Virus record (IMG/VR): IMGVR_UViG_3300031716_000015
Span: 1-49,865 of that record
Length of the DNA stretch: 49,865 nucleotides
Reading direction: 5' to 3' (one strand)
Origin: a virus
Lineage: Duplodnaviria > Caudoviricetes
This document shows positions 42,735 through 49,865 of the stretch, piece by piece; position 1 is the first letter of the stretch; every line of letters starts with the position of its first letter. The position numbers and the translations under genes were made by a program. The notes under the pieces were generated by a model, which saw nothing but the letters and a program-made list of their open reading frames with translations, was not told the DNA's origin and searched no databases.

Positions 42735-42886
42735 CCCGACTGCACTGCCGCCGCGAACCGGCGCACCTCGTCAGCCGTCACCGGCGTCGAACCCTCCGCC
42801 TGATTGCTGGACAGCAGCAGACCGCCGCCCGGCTGGGACTCCAGCGAGATGCAGCCCGAGGCCTCGCAAGGGGTCGTCAGCTTCAC
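42704..42886 (-). CDS. DUF397-like protein
   Basis: C..SGCI.L......L.SS.......VT.DE.R.F..AV.SG.FD; GTGA overlap with the holin-like gene. Confidence 0.65.
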   Translation of the reverse strand: MKLTTPCEASGCISLESQPGGGLLLSSNQAEGSTPVTADEVRRFAAAVQSGYFDELLGSS

Positions 42887-43113
42887 GGCTTTGCCGTCAC
42901 CGGGACCAGTCGGCGGACGAAGTAGGCGACACCTGCGGTGAGCACGCTCTTCGCCACCAGGCCGCCGACGACGAGCCAATACTCCTTCGTCCAGCGGATG
43001 TCGGTGAACGCGGTGGCGAGGACGACGACGACGGCCGTAGCGACATCGAGGCCGAGGCCCATCAGGAACGTGCGGACCGCGAGCGGCTTCGGGGCATGCG
43101 GGTCTTGCGGCAT
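42883..43113 (-). CDS. Holin-like membrane protein
   Basis: Two TMs, A.RTF..GL..DV motif. Confidence 0.65.
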   Translation of the reverse strand: MPQDPHAPKPLAVRTFLMGLGLDVATAVVVVLATAFTDIRWTKEYWLVVGGLVAKSVLTAGVAYFVRRLVPVTAKP

Positions 43114-43415
43114 CACGAACTCCCTTCGTCCAGATTGGTCAACTGCGCCCGCAGCATCAGCCACCAGCGCCAAGCCAAGCCCACAGCCAGCGCCACGAAC
43201 ATCACCAGCCGCACGATCAGCTGCCCGGGGAAGCCCTCGCCGAACACCAGCGCCAGCATCCGCAGCCCGAACAGGCCCGTCACCCCGGCCGTCACCAGCA
43301 TCACGTTCTGGCCCTCAGCCGAACTCCGCCACGGCGCCAGCGTGTGATACGTCGCCATGAACACCAGGCCGGCGAAGAACGCGAACACGCCGACGACGTT
43401 GATGAGCGTGGTCAC
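43113..43415 (-). CDS. Putative holin (3 TM)
   Basis: Y...APW.SS..G.N.M, FPG; three hydrophobic helices. Confidence 0.7.
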   Translation of the reverse strand: MTTLINVVGVFAFFAGLVFMATYHTLAPWRSSAEGQNVMLVTAGVTGLFGLRMLALVFGEGFPGQLIVRLVMFVALAVGLAWRWWLMLRAQLTNLDEGSS

Positions 43416-43609
43416 CGGTGCCCCCTGAAAGCCGCGTTGATCCTCGGCGCGAACTGGTTGATCTCGCGCAACCGGCGCAGTTGGCTGGCCAGCGAGCGGA
43501 TCTCGCGGTCCTGGGCATGTGCCTGGTCGAGGCGCCGCTGGGCGTCGGCGACGCCCTGCTTCATATCCTGGGCACGGTCGCGTCCGAACAGTCTGGTCAG
43601 CCAGCTCAT
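43412..43609 (-). CDS. Small lysis-cassette protein
   Basis: Amphipathic N-terminus, coiled coil, N.F...I..AF. Confidence 0.65.
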   Translation of the reverse strand: MSWLTRLFGRDRAQDMKQGVADAQRRLDQAHAQDREIRSLASQLRRLREINQFAPRINAAFRGHR

Positions 43610-43851
43610 GCAGGATCACGCACCTTCGGCAGCGCCTGGAGCGCGGCTACCGCGGTCCGGGACAGCTCCATCAGTTCGGAGATCTGAGCGTCGCGCTTCT
43701 CCAGCGCGGCTTCGAGCTTGTCGATGCGCTGCAATGCCCGGTCATGGGTGCGTCCGGCGACCAGGCGCCCGGTCAGCACCATCCAGATGGCCAGCAGCAG
43801 CAGCCCGACCGCGCCGCCTGGCGGCACCCACCCCGGAAGATCTGCCAGCAC
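43606..43851 (-). CDS. Membrane protein in lysis cassette
   Basis: TM then TGRLV...H and coiled coil. Confidence 0.7.
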   Translation of the reverse strand: MLADLPGWVPPGGAVGLLLLAIWMVLTGRLVAGRTHDRALQRIDKLEAALEKRDAQISELMELSRTAVAALQALPKVRDPA

Positions 43852-43854
43852 CGA

Positions 43855-44775
43855 TCACTCCGCGGTACGGTCGTGCAGCTCGTCGGCGACCGCCTCAGCG
43901 TTCTCGTCGGCCGTGGGTACGGCCTCGATCGCCGCCTTGATCTCGCCGAGGGCCGCGATCGCATCCGGCGGCAGAACCACCGTGGTGTCGCCGTCGTCCT
44001 GCGCCGCGGCCAGGATTGCGCCGAGTTGCGCGGCCAGGTCCGCAGGAACGCGCGCTGCCGTGACGGTCGCAGCGTCCGCGGCCCGCTTCAGCATCACGTA
44101 CGCCTTCTCGACCGGCACGCCGTCGAAGAGGTCTCGCGTCCACACCGCCAGGCTGATCTTCTCGATGTCGTCAGCGGTCAGCATGTCGACTCCCCACTGG
44201 CCGTAATCGGCCTTCATCGCCCGGTTGAGGTCGCAGTCGGCGCCGCCGATGGTGACGCCGTTGCGGTACTGCTGGATGTGCGCGGCCGGATGCCACAGGC
44301 CGCCCGACCACGCATAGGTCTGCCAATACCAGGTCGCGAGCTTGTCCTTCATCGACGCGAAGTGGGCGATGACCTTGTAGCCGCCGTACACGCCGACCCG
44401 GCCCGGCCCGAGGACCGAGGCTGCGCCCGCCATGGCCGCGTCGAGCGCCGGCCAGTGGGTCGAGTTCGCGTCGAAGTCCACGCTGAGATAGATGGGCCGG
44501 TCCGCGGGCATGCCGAGGGCCCGGAAGTGCTGCTCCGCGTCGGCGGCCCACGCCTTTCCGGCCGAGTAGCCGCCCTTCAGCCCGTCGGTGGTGCCCTCCG
44601 CGTTGGCCACCACCGCGATACCGGCCGCGGTCAGCCCGGCCAGTTCGGCGGCGGTCAGCTGCTTGGAGTCCGATCCCGGCCCGCCGTACCGGCACGCGAA
44701 GACCTTGCCCGCCGCGGCGAGCGTCGCTGGGGCGGGGTTGGGCGGGAACGCGTAGTCGACACCCTCGACCGTCAT
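43855..44775 (-). CDS. Endolysin, DUF1906/GH25-like glycoside hydrolase
   Basis: GVDY, RY, K.LT..E, PIY.SVD.D, GVYGG, WQTYAWS.G, QY.N, DLN. Confidence 0.88.
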   Translation of the reverse strand: MTVEGVDYAFPPNPAPATLAAAGKVFACRYGGPGSDSKQLTAAELAGLTAAGIAVVANAEGTTDGLKGGYSAGKAWAADAEQHFRALGMPADRPIYLSVDFDANSTHWPALDAAMAGAASVLGPGRVGVYGGYKVIAHFASMKDKLATWYWQTYAWSGGLWHPAAHIQQYRNGVTIGGADCDLNRAMKADYGQWGVDMLTADDIEKISLAVWTRDLFDGVPVEKAYVMLKRAADAATVTAARVPADLAAQLGAILAAAQDDGDTTVVLPPDAIAALGEIKAAIEAVPTADENAEAVADELHDRTAE

Positions 44776-44776
44776 G

Positions 44777-45286
44777 TCACACCGCCTGCCTGATCCGCAT
44801 CCACGAGCCCGCGTTGATCCGGGTGTTCTCCGCCGTCGACACCGACTGCGCCCGCTGCAGCTGCAGGCTGCCCGCCGACGTGACTGTGATGAAGCCCGTG
44901 AACGTGATCACGCTGGGCGTACCGATCCCGAGCCCGCCGTACGTCTTCGCGGTTCCCGACGCCTCACCCGGCGACGAGAGCGGCACGTACGCCCCGGCCG
45001 AGTTCACCGAGACCGCCGTGTAGAAGAACGTGGCCGTAGGGAACGTGAACGCCAACTTGATGTCGGCAGCCGTACCGGCCTCGTAGACGATCGCGGCGTC
45101 GAAGTCGTACTCGACGCCGGCCGCGACCGCCACAACCATGCCAGTCTCGTTGGCCAGAGTCGTGGTGCTGGGGAACGCGGTGCCGTTGCTGGTCTTCTCC
45201 GCGCGGATCGGCCCCAGGCGGTCGATCTCGTCCTGCAGATCGTCGGCGAGGATGAAGTTGCCGGGCAGGATCTGGTTGAGCGCCAT
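44777..45286 (-). CDS. Minor tail / receptor-binding-type protein
   Basis: 169 aa beta-sandwich, G.LQLQ.AQ...T....GSWM. Confidence 0.7.
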   Translation of the reverse strand: MALNQILPGNFILADDLQDEIDRLGPIRAEKTSNGTAFPSTTTLANETGMVVAVAAGVEYDFDAAIVYEAGTAADIKLAFTFPTATFFYTAVSVNSAGAYVPLSSPGEASGTAKTYGGLGIGTPSVITFTGFITVTSAGSLQLQRAQSVSTAENTRINAGSWMRIRQAV

Positions 45287-45294
45287 GCAGCCCC

Positions 45295-48021
45295 CTAGTA
45301 GCCGTAGTACGGCGGAGTCCACAGCCGCAGCTGCGCCCCGGCTGTGTGGGTTTTGACGACGCCGTTGACCGACCGGGTGACGGTGAACCGCTGCGGGGTC
45401 AGCACGATCGCGTTGTCCCAGGCGACGATCGGGTTGACGTTGGTGTTCCCGGTCTCGGCACGCGAACCGATCCCGACCGCGGTGAACGCCGACACGCTCG
45501 TGTCCGCCACCCGCAGCAGCATCCGCCGGGCGATCGTCGTGCCGGCCCGGTACGCCCAGCCGCCGACCGACTCGCCGGGGATGACGTCGAGCAGGATCGT
45601 CCACTGGTCGCCGACCGCGAACGTGCCCAACGACAGCGATGAGGTGAGCGCCGAACCGACCCCGGCGACGGTCTTGATCAGCAGCAGGCTGACGGTGCCG
45701 TCGGTGTTGAAGTCCAGCCGCGCGCCGTAATGGTTGCTGGTGTCGCTGCCGGTGATGACCCGCCCGGACAGTGCCGCGCCAGTAGGGGTTGCCGACACGT
45801 TCGCGGTGGCGCGGACCCGGTAGCCGGTGACAGATGCCAGCGACCACCGCTGGACGTTGACCGACGACAGGGTATGGAAACCCTTGGAGCCGTTGACGGA
45901 GAAGTCCGCCGCGACACCGCCGGTGCTGGTGTACACCTGGCCGGAGTCGGCGGTGCTCCAGCTGTTGCTGACCGAGCGGCTGAACGTGTCGCGGTACAGC
46001 GACCCGACCGCCGATACCAGCATCTTCTCGCCGCCGACTCCGACGTGGTAGCCGGACGCGGTCGTCGACCACTGCAGGCCCTCGTCAGTGACGGCCGCGT
46101 CGATGTCGGTTTCGGTGGTGTCGAGGTCCTCGATCGTGAACGTGTTCGCCGAGTCGTAGCGGTCGCCGCCGGTGTCGTACCTCGCCACGTCGTACGGCGC
46201 GTACGGCATCACGTTCGGGGCGAACCGCCAGTCGACCGCGTCGAGGATTTCGGTCCAGCCGACGGTGAGCCCGTCGATGCCGTCGATGTGGTGCTGCGGC
46301 GGCAGGGCCGTCTTGGCGACGGTGATCCGGTCGCCGATCGCATGCGCGGCCACCGAGTCGGCGAGCAGCGCCCCGTCGGCGTTGCGCAGGTTGATGCCGA
46401 CGGAGTTGTAGCGGGCGCCGGCCGCGGTGCCCAGGTGTACCGCCCAGGAGGCATCGGAGGACAGCTGGTCGTCGGCCTGCACGTTGACGGTGCGCGAGTC
46501 CTTGATCCGGGCCCGGATCTTCGCGACGTGCTCCTCGTCGGCCACCCGCGCCGAGCCGCCGCCAGGGCGGTTGGACGTGATGTCGTTTCGGCCGTACTGG
46601 CGATCGCGGATGGCTTCGAGGTTCTCCTCGATGGAGCCCCGGACCACGGCGATCGTCGCCGCCTGGTCATAGAGATGCGCGCGGGTGACGTGGACGATCG
46701 CACCGTCGGTGCCGTTGTCGTGCATGAGGCCCTGGTCGGCCAGCTCGCAGTCGCGCAGGTTCGCGATCAGCGTGTCAATCAGCTGCGGGCCCATCGGCGG
46801 TGTGTCGGCGGCGTTGCCGGTCAGTTGGAACGGCACGCCCTCCTCGCGGCACAGCCGGATCATGCGGTCGCCCGCGGTCTCGCCAGGGAAACCCGCCGCT
46901 CCCGGCGCGTTGTTGCTCAGGCTGGGGGTCGTAATGATGTCGTCGGTCAGCAGCGCCGCATGGCCGAACGACCAGCCTGTCGACACCGTCGAGGCGATTG
47001 CGGTCGCTCGAAAGGGCATTCCGGGACTGCCCGCTCCCACCCCGTCGGGGAGCTGTAGCGAGGTCGACAGGCCCACCCCGTCGGTCTGGTAGATGTTCAG
47101 CACCAGGATGTGGTCGCCGGTGAACATGGCGTCGGTGATCCCTACGAGGTAGGGAGTGTCTCTAGCCAGTACGCCGGAGATCGACGCCCCGGCGCCTACC
47201 ACATTGCCGGCGACATCCACGGTGGTGAACACCAAACGGCCGGAGGACTGCTGGTAGGTCACGTAGACCCGGGCGCACAGATGTCCGGGCACCATGTCGA
47301 CGATGACCAGGTCCGCGTCGTTGCTGAACCCCGAACTCGGGATCATCATCGTGAACTGGAATTGCCAGTGACCGGTATCGGCGTAGACGGGGAAGGGAAC
47401 GACGACCTGCGACGGGCCGTTGAGGATCGGCAGTGGCTTACTGCCTGCGAACCCGGAGTAGGAAGCCGGGCTCACCGAGCCGCTGAACGTTGCGGGCGGC
47501 TGGCCGGACAGGTAGGACGCGAAGCTGGTGGCGTCGCTGCCGTCCTCCATCGGCCAGTAAGCGATCGGTACGAAGTCGCCCTCGGAAATCCCGGCCATCG
47601 CCCGCGTCAAAGGCGACCGCAGCGAGTCGGATCCCTGCGCGAGGATGCCGAGCGTCCCGATCGCTGTCACCTCGACGGTCGCGTCGAGGTCGCCGCCCGG
47701 GAACCGTTCCACGATCGAGTCGACCTGGCCGTGGAACCGCTCAGCCGGGGAGACCGTCAGGCCGATCCGCGACATCCGGATCTCGCAGCCGCGGCCCCAC
47801 GACCCGTAGTACGGCGAGACCGCGTTGTCCTCGGTCAGGTAGCCGTCGGGGTTGCCGAGGGTCAGCTGCAGCCGTGAGGTCTCGGCCTGGATCGAGTTCG
47901 CCGAGCGGCCCTGCGTGATCACGCACGACGCTGCCCGGCCGCGCGAGGTGACGTCGACCCAGCCGAGCGCGGTGTTTACCTCGACCTTGACGACGATCTT
48001 CGCGTTCGGGTCGTAGACCAT
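45295..48021 (-). CDS. Large minor tail (hub/baseplate) protein
   Basis: 908 aa after tape measure; W.DVT, L.NPDG, P.AYWPMEDG, R..RLC.EEG, GE.M.V, FTVTRSVNGV.K.H. Confidence 0.85.
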   Translation of the reverse strand: MVYDPNAKIVVKVEVNTALGWVDVTSRGRAASCVITQGRSANSIQAETSRLQLTLGNPDGYLTEDNAVSPYYGSWGRGCEIRMSRIGLTVSPAERFHGQVDSIVERFPGGDLDATVEVTAIGTLGILAQGSDSLRSPLTRAMAGISEGDFVPIAYWPMEDGSDATSFASYLSGQPPATFSGSVSPASYSGFAGSKPLPILNGPSQVVVPFPVYADTGHWQFQFTMMIPSSGFSNDADLVIVDMVPGHLCARVYVTYQQSSGRLVFTTVDVAGNVVGAGASISGVLARDTPYLVGITDAMFTGDHILVLNIYQTDGVGLSTSLQLPDGVGAGSPGMPFRATAIASTVSTGWSFGHAALLTDDIITTPSLSNNAPGAAGFPGETAGDRMIRLCREEGVPFQLTGNAADTPPMGPQLIDTLIANLRDCELADQGLMHDNGTDGAIVHVTRAHLYDQAATIAVVRGSIEENLEAIRDRQYGRNDITSNRPGGGSARVADEEHVAKIRARIKDSRTVNVQADDQLSSDASWAVHLGTAAGARYNSVGINLRNADGALLADSVAAHAIGDRITVAKTALPPQHHIDGIDGLTVGWTEILDAVDWRFAPNVMPYAPYDVARYDTGGDRYDSANTFTIEDLDTTETDIDAAVTDEGLQWSTTASGYHVGVGGEKMLVSAVGSLYRDTFSRSVSNSWSTADSGQVYTSTGGVAADFSVNGSKGFHTLSSVNVQRWSLASVTGYRVRATANVSATPTGAALSGRVITGSDTSNHYGARLDFNTDGTVSLLLIKTVAGVGSALTSSLSLGTFAVGDQWTILLDVIPGESVGGWAYRAGTTIARRMLLRVADTSVSAFTAVGIGSRAETGNTNVNPIVAWDNAIVLTPQRFTVTRSVNGVVKTHTAGAQLRLWTPPYYGY

Positions 48022-49865
48022 CAGCCGCCCACCCGCGTGCGCGAGCCGAGCGCCGACTGCACATCCCCGCCGAGCAGGGTGATCTCGCGGCGGATGCCGG
48101 ACAGCATGCCGGTGCCCTCGACGACTAGGACGTGGCGGTGCTCGTGCACGACCGTCGTCGTTCCGCCGCCGCCCGAGCGCACATATCCGCCCGGAACGAC
48201 CGACGCCCCATACCAGCCCGCGGCCTGGCCGAGGATCGCCATCGACCGGCCGTAGTTGCCCGACTTGGGGATGAACGCCTCGCCGCGCGTCGCCGGTTCG
48301 GCGATCATGTAGCGGCCGGGGTTTGCGGCCGAGTAGTACGACGCCTCCCGCAGCAGCCCGGATGCGGCGTGGGTGTAGGCCCCGCCCCACCGGTTGCGCG
48401 ACAGGCTCCGCTCGCCCTCGCGGTACGTCGCGAACTCCGCCGCGGCCAGTCCCTTGGCGACGCCCAGGCGCTGGATGTAGTAGTTCAGCCGCGCCGTGTA
48501 GGTCGCCAGGCCCGGCATGGTGACCGGAACCGTCAGCCCGCCCAGCAGGTTGCCGGTCTTCACCGAGTCGATCAGGTCGTCGACGGCCTTCTTGTCGTAG
48601 CCGAGGTCGCGGGCCATCTTCCGGATCCGCTCCAGCTGTCGGTCGTAGGCCTGCGTGGCCGCGTCGAGGCTGCCGGTCTTGTCGTACTCGGCCTGCTTGA
48701 CACCGTCTGCCGCGCGGATCAGATCGATCAGGGCCTGCTTGTGGTCTCGGCCGGCCTCGGTGGTGATGTCGAGGCTCCGCTTGCCTTCGTGCAGGGTTTC
48801 CACAGTGTCCGCCCACTGCTGGTTGAAGCGGATCTGCGCCTCCGGCAGGCCGAGCACGATGCCGAGCTGCTTCTCCATAGCGTCGTTGAGGTCGCGCAGG
48901 GCCTGCACCTCGGCTTGGGTGGTGTCGCGCAGGTCGCGCAGCGACCCGTTCCAGTCGTTCGCGGCATCGCTAGCCTTGTGAAGGCCCTCGATCAGGGAGG
49001 CGTCCTCGTCGTTCAGTCCTTGGACGAAGCCCCGGTACTGGTCGACGGCGATGCCGATGTTCCCGCCGAACGGGCCGAGGGTGTCGGTGACCTTCTGGAT
49101 CCCCCGAAGCCACGAGTCGCCCCACGAGGTCGCGCCGTAGCCGAGTTTGACCTCCCACTCGAAGATGTCCGACAGGACGGCGATGAACTGGCCGCTGCCC
49201 CGGATGAAGCCCTCGACGATGTGCAGCAGCTCGATTAGGCCCATGGTGGCGCCGTCGCTGCTGTCCGAGATCGACTCCATGGCGTCGCCGATGGCGTTTC
49301 CGACTTCGGGCAGCTCGTTGGCCAGCGCCCGGAGAGCCTTCTGCGCCGGGCCGTTGAAGATGGCGTCCAGGCCGCGGTCGATGCCGCGGAACAGGCCCTC
49401 GACGCCCTTGGTCAGCGGGCCGATCACCGGCGCCAGCTTGGTGAACCCGCTGTGCAGCGTGGCGGTCAGGCTCGCGCCGGTCTCCTCCGACTCGCCGAGT
49501 GAGTCGACGAGCGGCTGGATGAACGGGTCGCCTGAGTCACGCAGGCCGGTCATGAAGCTCTCGCCGAAGCGTGTTGCCGCGCGGCGGACCCGGTCGTCCT
49601 GGCTGGCCGCGGCGATGCCGCCGATGATGCCGCCGGTGCCGATACCGCCGAGGACGGCGCCGCCGACAGCAGCGCCGATCGCGGGCAGCGCGGCGGCTGC
49701 GATCGCGACCAGGCTGCCGATGAGAGCTGGAGTGGCGGCGGCAAGCCCGCCGCCTCCGCCGCCGACTGCCCCTACGGGCGGGGCCGGGATGTTGGGCATC
49801 AGGTCCTTGCGGATCTGCTGAAGCCGCCGCAGCATCGCGCGCTCGGCGCTGCTCTGCTTGAGGAC
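48021..49865 (-). CDS. Tape measure protein, C-terminal part (about 720 aa once joined with 1-477)
   Basis: Ala/Gly-rich helical sequence; AEP.T.GEAFIP C-terminal motif. Confidence 0.88.
   Translation of the reverse strand, partial: VLKQSSAERAMLRRLQQIRKDLMPNIPAPPVGAVGGGGGGLAAATPALIGSLVAIAAAALPAIGAAVGGAVLGGIGTGGIIGGIAAASQDDRVRRAATRFGESFMTGLRDSGDPFIQPLVDSLGESEETGASLTATLHSGFTKLAPVIGPLTKGVEGLFRGIDRGLDAIFNGPAQKALRALANELPEVGNAIGDAMESISDSSDGATMGLIELLHIVEGFIRGSGQFIAVLSDIFEWEVKLGYGATSWGDSWLRGIQKVTDTLGPFGGNIGIAVDQYRGFVQGLNDEDASLIEGLHKASDAANDWNGSLRDLRDTTQAEVQALRDLNDAMEKQLGIVLGLPEAQIRFNQQWADTVETLHEGKRSLDITTEAGRDHKQALIDLIRAADGVKQAEYDKTGSLDAATQAYDRQLERIRKMARDLGYDKKAVDDLIDSVKTGNLLGGLTVPVTMPGLATYTARLNYYIQRLGVAKGLAAAEFATYREGERSLSRNRWGGAYTHAASGLLREASYYSAANPGRYMIAEPATRGEAFIPKSGNYGRSMAILGQAAGWYGASVVPGGYVRSGGGGTTTVVHEHRHVLVVEGTGMLSGIRREITLLGGDVQSALGSRTRVGG
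49707..49865. repeat. Terminal overlap, copy 2
   Basis: Matches 1-159 with two mismatches. Confidence 0.95.

Larger units (their letters stand above)
1..49865. mobile_element. Temperate actinobacteriophage (siphovirus), essentially complete, circularly permuted
   Basis: Full terminase-portal-capsid-tail-lysis set, integrase, repressor and intact attP; 159 bp end overlap. Confidence 0.96.

Noticed and set aside
49707-49865. Biological direct terminal repeat
   Set aside because: Falls mid-gene in the tape measure, far from the terminase; best explained as assembly overlap.

Overview
The window is an apparently complete, circularly permuted genome (~49.7 kb; bases 1-159 repeat at 49707-49865) of a temperate siphovirus of a high-GC actinomycete. 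On the minus strand are: packaging and head genes (HNH, small and large terminase, a DUF935/Mu-type portal with a ~650 aa extension, a Mu-type protease/scaffold fused to extra domains, decoration protein, major capsid); neck and tail genes (with a C CCT TTC -1 frameshift chaperone; the tape measure gene is split across the window ends); a lysis cassette; and a long early/middle operon (Cro, Xis, YhhQ + DpdA-like transglycosylase, C5 methyltransferase, exonuclease + annealing protein, two ParB-fold genes, replication initiator with iterons). On the plus strand are the repressor, a tyrosine integrase and attP (3' half of tRNA-Val(CAC)). The accessory island between attP and the lysis genes is the most interesting part: an orphan FxSxx-COOH-type RiPP precursor-like peptide directly downstream of a ~245 nt highly structured putative ncRNA, a stand-alone FHA domain, an orphan DUF397-like gene, a GntR and a second operator circuit. 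All family assignments are from motif recognition by eye; no searches were run.
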